A stretch of DNA of 64,000 nt from a virus. Location of the stretch: the IMG/VR virus record IMGVR_UViG_3300034105_002232; one strand, 5' to 3'. Below, piece after piece: positions 19,572 to 28,406 of the stretch. A model generated the notes under the pieces. It saw only the letters and a list, made by a program, of their open reading frames with translations. It was not told the DNA's origin and did not search any database. The stretch's first letter is position 1. Every line of letters starts with the position of its first letter. Position numbers and translations under genes: made by a program.

Positions 19572-20441
19572 TTATTGGTTAGAGAGTAAATTTTTAATGG
19601 AAAGTTTCTGTGACTCATTTAAATCAGTAGGTACTATGATGTTAATAACAATTATTAAATTTCCTCTATGTGATTGATTCATTGCATACAAACCCTGTTG
19701 CTGTATTCTAAATCTTGATCCTGGTTGAGTACCTGCAGGAACAGCCAGATCAAATTTACGACCGTCTAATCCTTGTAATTGAATAGTGGCACCCACAATG
19801 GCATCTAAGCAATTTAGATCCACAGCTTTAATTAGATCTAAATTGTCAACATTAAAACCTGACGCACCTTCAACATGCAGTCTAACATACAAGTCGCCGC
19901 GTGTTAAACTAGGAAAAAAGTTATCACCTAGTCCAGGATACTTGATTGTGCTGTTGGGTGTAACACCTCGGGGTATCTGGACCTCAACAGTGACACGCTC
20001 ACCGTTTGTGGTTTGAACACTAATAGTCTTTGTTTGAATGTCCAAGGTACTAACCAGGCTGACCACTACATCAACCTGGATGTCTTTGTTTTTTCTTGGT
20101 TGCCTAAATTGCGAAAATGGATCGCTGTGTGCTGCAAATCCTGGGCCAAAACTGAACCCAAAATTTCTCAGCATGTCTTCCATGTGTGATGGTATGTCAC
20201 CGTTGGTATCGTGCCCATTCACAGTAAATCTGAATCCACCGTGATGTCCTTGTCGTTCAGCATCATACTGTGCCCGAGTCTGATCTGTGCCTATTGTGTC
20301 GTAGGCATGTTGTATTTTCTGGAAGTGGGTAGTATCCCCACCTTTGTCAGGATGGTGTTGATTGGCCAACTTACGATATGCTTTTTTAATTTCATCCAGA
20401 CTGGCAGACTCAGGAACTCCCAAGGTATCATAATGTGTCAT
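19572..20441 (-). CDS. dnaJ: DnaJ-class co-chaperone (CbpA type, no Zn finger)
   Basis: J-domain HPD, G/F region, C-terminal domain. Confidence 0.92.
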   Translation of the reverse strand: MTHYDTLGVPESASLDEIKKAYRKLANQHHPDKGGDTTHFQKIQHAYDTIGTDQTRAQYDAERQGHHGGFRFTVNGHDTNGDIPSHMEDMLRNFGFSFGPGFAAHSDPFSQFRQPRKNKDIQVDVVVSLVSTLDIQTKTISVQTTNGERVTVEVQIPRGVTPNSTIKYPGLGDNFFPSLTRGDLYVRLHVEGASGFNVDNLDLIKAVDLNCLDAIVGATIQLQGLDGRKFDLAVPAGTQPGSRFRIQQQGLYAMNQSHRGNLIIVINIIVPTDLNESQKLSIKNLLSNQ

Positions 20442-20447
20442 AGTAAT

Positions 20448-20476
20448 ATTATATAGTATAAATGAAATACGGTCAA
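20448..20476 (-). promoter_or_regulatory. sigma70 promoter predicted to give a leaderless dnaJ mRNA
   Basis: TTGACC-17bp-TATAAT, 6 nt before ATG, no SD. Confidence 0.75.
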
Positions 20477-20496
20477 TACTTTTGGCATTGACCGTA
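20460..20496 (-). terminator. Terminator of the lysis operon overlapping the dnaJ -35
   Basis: TACGGTCAAT/ATTGACCGTA stem then TTTCATTT. Confidence 0.65.
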
Positions 20497-20514
20497 CAAT
20501 TGAGTTACAGAGGA

Positions 20515-20706
20515 TTACTTCTTTTTACCATCTGGAATGGCAGTACCTTCAAGTTTCTTGTGAACCTTGATAGTCTTGCAAACTTCTTTTTCCTTCTTGG
20601 TTTTTGGATCCATTTGTTTTACACATGCCTTTTTAGTTTCTGCTTCGGCATGTACTGCTGTAGTTGCAAATAAACCAATTGTTAAAGCTAATAGATATTT
20701 TGTCAT
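20515..20706 (-). CDS. Small exported basic protein
   Basis: Signal peptide ending VHA; two Cys. Confidence 0.7.
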   Translation of the reverse strand: MTKYLLALTIGLFATTAVHAEAETKKACVKQMDPKTKKEKEVCKTIKVHKKLEGTAIPDGKKK

Positions 20707-20927
20707 TTTGTACCCTTTTTAGTAAATTTTTCAGACGCTGTAAGTCCCAACCCGCCTAACACAATATACATCATTGCATCAAATGTGGTAGCACTTACTT
20801 TTTTTTCAAAAAACAACTCTGTAACGAAACCAATTGCTACCAGTACAAAAGCTAGTAATGTAATTACTCTCTTACTACTTGGATTGATTTCGCCTTCTGC
20901 TTTTAACATATCAGTTAAAAAACTCAT
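20703..20927 (-). CDS. 2-TM membrane protein, holin candidate
   Basis: Two TM segments, basic C-terminus, in lysis cassette. Confidence 0.55.
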   Translation of the reverse strand: MSFLTDMLKAEGEINPSSKRVITLLAFVLVAIGFVTELFFEKKVSATTFDAMMYIVLGGLGLTASEKFTKKGTK

Positions 20928-20939
20928 TTTACCTTTTCC

Positions 20940-21395
20940 TTAAATTTCTGGAAATGCTGGCTGTATTGGAGCTGGCTTACCATTTACCATTTGTATTGCG
21001 TCGCCAAATGGAGCTGCTGCCATTGGTGCTGCGCCAAAACTAGGTGCTGCGCCAAAACTAGGTGCAGCTACGGAAGGTGGTGGGGGTGGTGTGTACGGTT
21101 TAGTTGCAGCATCAATCGCTTTACCACGCAAATCTTTGTCGTCACCGGCCAACATAATGCCTGACAGGGTGCCTGTCAAGAATGTGGCAACAGGAATAAT
21201 AAGCTCAAAGAACTTGTTATCCACTGGACTCATCCCATTCATTGGTTGTGTAACAAAAATCAAACTAAACAAAACAACAAACACAATGCCAAACAAGGTT
21301 AAACCAAGAATGATGCCGATAAAAAACTTTAATCGTGCATTTAGCTCATCTGTTGTGTATTTTTCTCCGGACCATAATTGTTGAATCATTTGCAA
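20940..21395 (-). CDS. 2-TM membrane protein with Pro/Ala-rich tail
   Basis: Two hydrophobic helices; AAPSFG tandem repeat. Confidence 0.6.
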   Translation of the reverse strand: MQMIQQLWSGEKYTTDELNARLKFFIGIILGLTLFGIVFVVLFSLIFVTQPMNGMSPVDNKFFELIIPVATFLTGTLSGIMLAGDDKDLRGKAIDAATKPYTPPPPPSVAAPSFGAAPSFGAAPMAAAPFGDAIQMVNGKPAPIQPAFPEI

Positions 21396-21631
21396 TCTCC
21401 TTTAGATGTATATTGTGGTGCAAGTGGTACCATAGATTGAATAGGTTTACCTGCTTTGTCTTTATTGTAGTGCTGTAGGTCTTCGGGACAAGTTCCGTTT
21501 GCACTACAGTACGGCTTCTTGCATTGCTGACTATCCCAGTTTTCGGGATCCTGACAGGGATACCGATAACGCTCGCCACAAGCAACGAGCAATGGTAGCA
21601 ATAATACTGCCAGAGTATATCTCATTGTCAT
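21386..21631 (-). CDS. Cys-rich lipoprotein
   Basis: LLVAC lipobox; further Cys residues. Confidence 0.7.
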   Translation of the reverse strand: MTMRYTLAVLLLPLLVACGERYRYPCQDPENWDSQQCKKPYCSANGTCPEDLQHYNKDKAGKPIQSMVPLAPQYTSKGDCK

Positions 21632-22242
21632 GCTCCTAGTACGTGCAACATGTGATTATAATGCTTGATGCGATCGTCTAAGCCAATATAACCACCATTG
21701 ATCTTTTTGGTCATTTGTTTGATATCACCAGCATCAGCTTCTTTGTTTAAGTTATTACTTTCCCAAAACCAACAGGCACTTTGTGCAGCACCCTCGAATG
21801 TTTCTAGGTATGCACTGGCTTCTTCGGGATTGACTTCAATACTGGCTGCAAACCATTCATAGTTTGTTTTACCAGTCAATTGAATTAGTCCACGTCCACG
21901 ATACTTAAAGCCATCGCCTGAGGCTTCGTCTCCGTTGCCCATACGATTTCCGTAAATTTTATTTGCAATCTTTGCAGGCTGCTTTTCATAAGCTTTTGCA
22001 GTGCCCATGTCTTGGAAGTATTTTGGAAATACTTTCATTAAACTTTCTGCTTTATAATTCAAGTTCTCAGACAGAAACCTAAATCCTCCCGACTCATGAG
22101 CACACTGAGCAACAAATGCTGCTACTCGCTTGGGTGTGTTGATTTCATAATCAGGTAATAATTGATTCAGAGCTTTAACCCAATGGTCAGCATACAGAAT
22201 ACCGGGAACCATCTCTTTTAATTGACTTACCGTTAATTGCAT
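21628..22242 (-). CDS. GH19 chitinase-like endolysin
   Basis: AQCAHESGGF, ENLNY, YRGRGLIQLTGKTNY and INGG motifs. Confidence 0.92.
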   Translation of the reverse strand: MQLTVSQLKEMVPGILYADHWVKALNQLLPDYEINTPKRVAAFVAQCAHESGGFRFLSENLNYKAESLMKVFPKYFQDMGTAKAYEKQPAKIANKIYGNRMGNGDEASGDGFKYRGRGLIQLTGKTNYEWFAASIEVNPEEASAYLETFEGAAQSACWFWESNNLNKEADAGDIKQMTKKINGGYIGLDDRIKHYNHMLHVLGA

Positions 22243-22254
22243 TTCATCTCCTTG

Positions 22255-22308
22255 TTATTTGTTGTGTTTGCCGCCACATACAGGACAGCTTTCTTGTTCT
22301 TGATTCAT
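22255..22308 (-). CDS. 17-aa micro-ORF MNQEQESCPVCGGKHNK
   Basis: ATGA overlap with o-spanin stop; GAGG upstream. Confidence 0.45.
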   Translation of the reverse strand: MNQEQESCPVCGGKHNK

Positions 22309-22577
22309 TTGACTTCCTCGAATATCTGTTTCTGCTTGGTGTACCAGTCATTCCAAAGTTCCACTTTGAGTTGACATTCTTTATACTGACCGTAGTTTTC
22401 TACCACCACTGACAAAGTTTTACTCAGCTCAGTGGTACCTTCGGGCACCATTTTTAAGTCAGGACAGGCTTGTTTTAATTCTTCGGGCACATCAGGAAAC
22501 GTGCGTTTGACTGGAACATGATTTACAGCACACGAGGTCAATAACAATACAGGAATTAAGGCCAATAATTGTTTCAC
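22305..22577 (-). CDS. o-spanin (Rz1-like lipoprotein)
   Basis: LLTSC lipobox, Pro-rich, ENYGQYKEC. Confidence 0.75.
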   Translation of the reverse strand: MKQLLALIPVLLLTSCAVNHVPVKRTFPDVPEELKQACPDLKMVPEGTTELSKTLSVVVENYGQYKECQLKVELWNDWYTKQKQIFEEVK

Positions 22578-23056
22578 TGTGGATCCTCACGTTTTAGTGG
22601 CTGCACTTCCACTGTGGACTTGCGTGACTTTGCTGCTTCATTTAGCAAATTGATTGCTTCCGGGGCAACGCGACAGTCTTGGTCAATGATCTTTTGTACT
22701 TCTCGTATCTTTTCTTGCACAACAACCACGTCTTGTTTGACCACTTTGATTCGGTCAATGTAGACTTTCTTAATTACGGTGTTTGTTTCAACACTTTTCT
22801 TTTCAGAATCAGCAACTTGTTGTTGTAACGCAGCCACTTGCTCACGCCAGATCATTTCTGTAGTATAGCCGCCGTACCAGTATACTCCGCTGCAGAACAG
22901 CACAATTGAAACAATTTGTATTGGGGTGCGATAGATATTGATCCAAGGGATGAATCTGATGAAAAAACCCAACAGAATGCCCAGAGCGCCTAGTCCCATG
23001 AGCGCATATACTATTAGTAAAATAAAACTATCTGGTAATAAATGTAGTAGCCACAT
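22574..23056 (-). CDS. i-spanin (Rz-like)
   Basis: N-terminal TM segments, coiled coil, C-terminal Cys; upstream of o-spanin. Confidence 0.7.
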   Translation of the reverse strand: MWLLHLLPDSFILLIVYALMGLGALGILLGFFIRFIPWINIYRTPIQIVSIVLFCSGVYWYGGYTTEMIWREQVAALQQQVADSEKKSVETNTVIKKVYIDRIKVVKQDVVVVQEKIREVQKIIDQDCRVAPEAINLLNEAAKSRKSTVEVQPLKREDPQ

Positions 23057-23103
23057 AACCTATACTGTATAATTGATATACAGTATTTATGGTTTTGAGC
23101 GTT

Positions 23104-23655
23104 TTACAGGATGCCGGCCAGGCTGCGCAGGCTTTGTGTGTAGTCATTTTTGGGTGCTTTGGTGGTTACAGCAACACCAGCTGCATTACGCATCTCGTCT
23201 AATTCTTTAGTGCCAAACTTGCGTAGGTAGTCCTGCGTGGTCAACGGGACGTTTGTGCCAATAGAATCTGCAGTAAGCTCAAGTTCAGCTGGATTTGATC
23301 TAACAATCATGCGCCAATCATCCAAGTCTTGATCCGTTAAATTCATTAGATCTTTCATCATGCTCATGACAAGATCGGGAATATCGCGAGTTCTGTCACA
23401 TTCAACAAATACTATGTAGTCACCGTCATTCATTTCACCGGCGCTGATATCAGCGTCAATTACCCATTCATACCCTTTTTCAATGAAATTTACCAGATCT
23501 TCAGCTGGCTCACGGCCTGTTACTTTGAAACTCAGTACAATAATATCTTCATCGCGACCCATCTTGCTTTTGTATTCGTCAATGTGCAACTCAGGATGTA
23601 CCAAGCGCATCAAATTGTTGGCTTCTAGCCCTTCGTTAATATTAGAATCCTGCAT
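23104..23655 (-). CDS. Hypothetical phage protein
   Basis: ORF with IDEYKSKMG motif; start chosen at MQDS. Confidence 0.65.
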   Translation of the reverse strand: MQDSNINEGLEANNLMRLVHPELHIDEYKSKMGRDEDIIVLSFKVTGREPAEDLVNFIEKGYEWVIDADISAGEMNDGDYIVFVECDRTRDIPDLVMSMMKDLMNLTDQDLDDWRMIVRSNPAELELTADSIGTNVPLTTQDYLRKFGTKELDEMRNAAGVAVTTKAPKNDYTQSLRSLAGIL

Positions 23656-24214
23656 TTTGTTGTCCTTGGGTAGTAGATTCAATTCCTTGCGCAGCATTTA
23701 CCGGAGCAGCACTATCAGTCTTGTACATGTTATCTTCGGTACCAGTTTCGTAGCTTTGTTCGATGTCCTCAACGTCAATGGTGCCAGATTCCAGCTCTAG
23801 ACTACCTTGATTGATTTCTTGCATCAGCTGTTTGGGCATAACAATTTCCACAAGCCAAATTGGTACTCGGGCTTGTTTGGGTACGTGGGTACCTGGCTTA
23901 AAATCCTTGGGATCCTTGACTTTGACGGGATACTGTAAATGATCTTTTTTGTAGCGCACTTCGCACCCGTAATCTAGTAGTCTTTGCCCACCCCGCGGGT
24001 CCGGCATAAACTTATAGGGCCACATAAAAGTACAGGTTATAAAATACTTTTCATATTCAGGCCCTTGTACCAATTCGCCACGTTTCCAATTTTCAAACAC
24101 ATAAACATCTAGCTCGTCAATTACTCGCTCAAAGTCCAACAGGCTGTTTACAGCACTGTCTGTCAATGAAATAGTCTTGATGTTTTCGATTATATCTTTA
24201 ATATCTGTGGCCAT
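23642..24214 (-). CDS. Hypothetical phage protein
   Basis: ORF with MPDPRGG motif; upstream ATAAATA. Confidence 0.7.
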   Translation of the reverse strand: MATDIKDIIENIKTISLTDSAVNSLLDFERVIDELDVYVFENWKRGELVQGPEYEKYFITCTFMWPYKFMPDPRGGQRLLDYGCEVRYKKDHLQYPVKVKDPKDFKPGTHVPKQARVPIWLVEIVMPKQLMQEINQGSLELESGTIDVEDIEQSYETGTEDNMYKTDSAAPVNAAQGIESTTQGQQNAGF

Positions 24215-24230
24215 ATTAATTCCTGTTCAA

Positions 24231-24779
24231 TTATTTATCGAATAATTCAGCTATCTCATTGGGAATCCAGGGAACTAGCATACGCTCAGGATGCCATACT
24301 ATGCCGGCCAAGTTACCATCTATCCATGCTTCGCAGTTGCCTTGGTCGTCATTGACTAGCACTGTTGCTTTTGTATGTGGCCGTTTAATATACAACGTAT
24401 GATAACTATTTACATGTTTGATTCCACTAAAATAACTAACGTTGTGAGTCACGTCAGCATGTCCACTAATATTGCCTATTTGCCCACCAAGTATATCAGT
24501 TAGTAAAAAACACCCATGACAGATTCCGATTACTGGCTTTTGTAACACCATCATGGCATGAGCCAGTCTAATTTCAGTTAAACGCCTGATTGTGCTATCG
24601 TTGCCGCCAGTTATAACAAAACAATCCAATTGATGCGCAATTGATTCAAAATTTTGATTGGGCCTGTTTGCAATAGGAAAAAGCGTATGTGTGTTAAAGA
24701 AGGAATACCACCCTTGCTCTAATGCATCATACGCTCTTTTTTTATGTAACAGGACTCGTTGGCTGAGCCCAATATTCAT
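24231..24779 (-). CDS. Class I glutamine amidotransferase / peptidase C26-like protein
   Basis: TGGND, GICHG, VNSYH and WHPER motifs. Confidence 0.88.
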   Translation of the reverse strand: MNIGLSQRVLLHKKRAYDALEQGWYSFFNTHTLFPIANRPNQNFESIAHQLDCFVITGGNDSTIRRLTEIRLAHAMMVLQKPVIGICHGCFLLTDILGGQIGNISGHADVTHNVSYFSGIKHVNSYHTLYIKRPHTKATVLVNDDQGNCEAWIDGNLAGIVWHPERMLVPWIPNEIAELFDK

Positions 24780-25475
24780 TTACCAACCGTAAGCATCTGC
24801 AACAAGTTGTCGTCCGTCAACATTGGCAGTAGTGTTACGGCAGCTAATGTCATATAGATCCTTGCGCATCAAATTGACTAAAGATTCAATTCGTGTTTGC
24901 TCCTCGGCACTACTAACTAACTTCTCTAATGCCATTGCACCAATCTTACTATGGAAGCCTTCATCTTTGGCAATCTTGGCATAGGCATTACTAACAAATT
25001 CATCTTCAATGCAATCAGCCATTTGATTCCATACTGCTTCGGCACGGCCTTCGGCAACCAATTGATAAGCGGCTAGTGCTGCCGGGTCAGTTTCTGCACA
25101 GTATTTTTGTAATAGACTAGCACCTTTTGCTGTTGGGTTGGCAGCTTCAGCAGCAATAGCAGCAGCAACATTAACTGGGGAACCTTGGATATGTTCAATT
25201 ACTTCCTTGACCAGGCGAAAATGCACTGCTTCGTCGTGTGCTTGTTGGGTCAACAGTTGTAGTTCAACAGGATCTGCATCTGCAGGCATATTAGCCACTT
25301 GTTGAGCAATTTCTACCATGTTCATACGCTCGTTGATCATGCGACCGATAAAATGTGTAATCAATTCCTCTTGCGGGGGTTTACTATCAAAGTATGCTTT
25401 TACATTGATTTGACTTGCTTTAAACAATGCTTGATTTTCATCACGCAATTTGTTTACAAATTGTTTTGCGTTCAC
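24780..25475 (-). CDS. Ferritin-like di-iron carboxylate protein
   Basis: E..DEAVH..E..DEGFH ligand pattern; GTG start with AAGGAG SD. Confidence 0.8.
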   Translation of the reverse strand: MNAKQFVNKLRDENQALFKASQINVKAYFDSKPPQEELITHFIGRMINERMNMVEIAQQVANMPADADPVELQLLTQQAHDEAVHFRLVKEVIEHIQGSPVNVAAAIAAEAANPTAKGASLLQKYCAETDPAALAAYQLVAEGRAEAVWNQMADCIEDEFVSNAYAKIAKDEGFHSKIGAMALEKLVSSAEEQTRIESLVNLMRKDLYDISCRNTTANVDGRQLVADAYGW

Positions 25476-25514
25476 GGGGATTCTCCTTGTGTATATACCC
25501 TAATATTTATCAAT

Positions 25515-26189
25515 TTAACCGGTTGTTGGTCCATTTATGTTTCTTTCTTTATAAGTTCGACGACCTGCACGAATATGTTCATCCAACCAATGAGTTTCAA
25601 TTGGAGTTACGTACTTGTGATTGGCGTCTTTGTCAATGAACGCATTAATTGAATCGTTGTCCCATGCAATAGGAAAATCTAATATACCTGACAACCATTT
25701 GAGATAATACTTACCATGTAGGAAAAAAGCTTCATGATCTACAAAATGTACAGCATGCTCGCCGGGTAATATGTTTTCGTAATAATATTGTTGTGCAAGT
25801 GATAATGAACTGAACCCATTCATTAACCGTTGTTGTTGTACAGTATTGATATTCTTATCACGTACAATAATAGCAATGGTTACACGAATTCCCAATTCTG
25901 CTGCACGGTCGGCAACTTCGCGTATCTTAGGGACAATACGTACTCCGTCCATGTACACCGGACAACTTACATTGGCTAAAAAGTACTGACTGTTAGCAAA
26001 CTTGTCTGCAGTTAATCGTTCAGGATATTGCCAGTACTCTGCAAAGGGCTCAATATCGCTAGGAACCCAATATTGAGATTTTAAATCTTCCCAACCTTTA
26101 ACATCCGGATGTTGACTCAAAATCCTACTAAAAAAATGATTGCCGGACCCTTGTGGTCCAGTGACAATCAATAGATGTTTTTCCTGCAT
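25515..26189 (-). CDS. P-loop sulfotransferase/kinase-like protein
   Basis: VTGPQGSGNH and IIVRD motifs. Confidence 0.6.
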   Translation of the reverse strand: MQEKHLLIVTGPQGSGNHFFSRILSQHPDVKGWEDLKSQYWVPSDIEPFAEYWQYPERLTADKFANSQYFLANVSCPVYMDGVRIVPKIREVADRAAELGIRVTIAIIVRDKNINTVQQQRLMNGFSSLSLAQQYYYENILPGEHAVHFVDHEAFFLHGKYYLKWLSGILDFPIAWDNDSINAFIDKDANHKYVTPIETHWLDEHIRAGRRTYKERNINGPTTG

Positions 26190-26197
26190 AATTTTTC

Positions 26198-26431
26198 CTA
26201 TTTAAAAAAGTATATGTAAATTAGGCCCGGGATGATAATAAAGTATTGCGGAATAAAATTAAGCATCAATGCTTTCTCATTCCATCGCCATCCCACATAA
26301 ATCCAGCCTGCTGCTCCTACCATTTGCAGTAAACTATTCCACGGAGTTAACCCTAGTACATGAAATACCATTGCAACTAAAATTGTGCATGCACTTGCAT
26401 ACTTAATATACCAAACGTGATCGTGTTTCAT
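26198..26431 (-). CDS. Small 3-TM membrane protein
   Basis: Hydrophobic pattern. Confidence 0.7.
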   Translation of the reverse strand: MKHDHVWYIKYASACTILVAMVFHVLGLTPWNSLLQMVGAAGWIYVGWRWNEKALMLNFIPQYFIIIPGLIYIYFFK

Positions 26432-27012
26432 TTAATCAATGCTACTAGCACATCGGGATAAGTTCTGTCTACTGTAACAGTTTGGCCCATATTTGTTAAC
26501 ACCCAATTGGCTGTAAAGTATTCCCACGTGACATTGTTCTTACACCCATATTCTAATATCTGTTGGTTTGATCTTGATATCTCGTACAACATGTTAGTAC
26601 TATCTTTGTACCATTTATAATCTGGGTACTGAATTTGAAAGCCACCAGCTTCGTGCCACCAGGAGTAACTGGTCAGGTCAGGACGATACACCAGCATTAT
26701 CCAGTCATCTGAATAACATTTTTCTATTTCGTCAAACTTGTCAGGCCAGTTATGACTCTTAACTAAACGACAACCACCTGGGTTTGCCCATGCTTGATCA
26801 ATATAATTATGATCTGACCACAAGATCAATGGTTCAAACTCCATACCCCACCCAAAATAAGCACCAAGATGGCCAGTATAGGCATGATGTGTATAGGTTC
26901 TGCTAGGTAAGCGATCACTGGTATTAAATCCTGCACCAGATTCTAATGCCTGAGCAATACCGCTCCATCGGCTTCCCGGAACACCAGTAAAAAAGATCCT
27001 ATTGGGTAACAT
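26428..27012 (-). CDS. P-loop sulfotransferase-like protein
   Basis: FTGVPGSRWS, VKSH and LVYRP motifs. Confidence 0.55.
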   Translation of the reverse strand: MLPNRIFFTGVPGSRWSGIAQALESGAGFNTSDRLPSRTYTHHAYTGHLGAYFGWGMEFEPLILWSDHNYIDQAWANPGGCRLVKSHNWPDKFDEIEKCYSDDWIMLVYRPDLTSYSWWHEAGGFQIQYPDYKWYKDSTNMLYEISRSNQQILEYGCKNNVTWEYFTANWVLTNMGQTVTVDRTYPDVLVALIK

Positions 27013-27026
27013 GTATAACTATAGTT

Positions 27027-27554
27027 ATGCATACTCAACAATCGCTTAATAATTATTTCAGCAATCACTGGCGAGGCTACTTGAATCTATATCAGTATTC
27101 TGGAGTTAATCTTGCCAAAAAGATTCAACACAATGAATATGTTTTAGACGTAGGATGTGGATTAAACGCTTTTAAATCACTAGTGCCCAATTTGATAGGT
27201 ATTGATCCTGCGTTCCCGCAAGCAGATCATCAGATTGCTATAGAAGATTTTAGAACAACTCAATTATTTGATGTTGCTTTTTGTTTAGGAAGTATTAACT
27301 TTGGTAATGAAACCAAGATTAAAAATCAGATTCAGCGTGTAATAAGTTTGCTCAAACCTGCTGCTAGGATATACTGGCGTTGTAACCCCGGACGACAGGA
27401 TCACGGTAATACAGAATGTAAGTCAATTGAATTTTTTCCGTGGAGCCCGGAGTTATTAATAGAATATGCAACTCAATTTGGTTTTGAGGTACTGGATATT
27501 AAGAATGACCTAAACAACAGGATCTATTGTGAGTGGGCACGGTCTATTACTTAG
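27027..27554 (+). CDS. Class I SAM-dependent methyltransferase
   Basis: VLDVGCG and FDVAFC motifs. Confidence 0.85.
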   Translation: MHTQQSLNNYFSNHWRGYLNLYQYSGVNLAKKIQHNEYVLDVGCGLNAFKSLVPNLIGIDPAFPQADHQIAIEDFRTTQLFDVAFCLGSINFGNETKIKNQIQRVISLLKPAARIYWRCNPGRQDHGNTECKSIEFFPWSPELLIEYATQFGFEVLDIKNDLNNRIYCEWARSIT

Positions 27555-27651
27555 TTTATAAAAATATTTTATCTATAGTGTTTAAATGAACAATTCAAAC
27601 TCTTAAATATTTGAGTAGACGTTGAGTCTACACCATAACCAGGAGGCAGTC

Positions 27652-28389
27652 TTGAGCAAACGCCGTCGCAGCGAAGTAGCACAATTAACCGTAGTAAGCA
27701 ACAATAACACAACTAGTTTTGATACCTACCAAAAGCAACGTAAACCAATAGCATTAACCCCTAAAAGTCGTAACCAAGAAACCTACATAGATTTACTAGA
27801 AAATCCACAACGCTTAATAGTATTTGCATCAGGCCCGGCAGGCACAGGCAAAACTATGCTGGCTGTGTTGGCTGCATTAAAAGCATTTAGAGCTGGAGAA
27901 TGCTCTCGAATTGTTATTACCAGGCCCGCAGTAGGCGTTGATGACGAGCAACATGGATTTTTGCCGGGTACACTAAATCAAAAGATGGAGCCGTGGACAC
28001 GCCCCATATTTGATATTATAGAAGAGTATTATAAACCACAGGAAGTGGCTCGTTTGCTAGACGAAAAATATATAGAGATTGCTCCACTAGCTTACATGCG
28101 TGGGCGGACATTTAAAAACTCGTGGATCATTGCTGATGAAATGCAGAATGCCACACCTTCTCAGATGAAAATGCTGCTCACTAGACTAGGAGAAAATTCC
28201 AAGATGGTTGTAACCGGGGACACCCAGCAGGCCGACCGTAAGGCCAAGGACAACGGATTGCTAGATTTTCAGCGGCTATTAGCCAACTTTGGAAACAGCC
28301 AATACATTGCTGGTGTTGAATTTGCTATCAAAGATGTTCGTAGACATCCAGCTGTAGCAGAAGTTCTTAAATTGTACGGGGAGGAATAG
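27652..28389 (+). CDS. phoH: PhoH-family ATPase (TTG start after AGGAGG)
   Basis: GPAGTGKT, GFLPG, YMRGRTF, DEMQN and TGDTQQ motifs. Confidence 0.95.
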   Translation: MSKRRRSEVAQLTVVSNNNTTSFDTYQKQRKPIALTPKSRNQETYIDLLENPQRLIVFASGPAGTGKTMLAVLAALKAFRAGECSRIVITRPAVGVDDEQHGFLPGTLNQKMEPWTRPIFDIIEEYYKPQEVARLLDEKYIEIAPLAYMRGRTFKNSWIIADEMQNATPSQMKMLLTRLGENSKMVVTGDTQQADRKAKDNGLLDFQRLLANFGNSQYIAGVEFAIKDVRRHPAVAEVLKLYGEE

Positions 28390-28406
28390 GTTATCGTAAA
28401 TACTGG

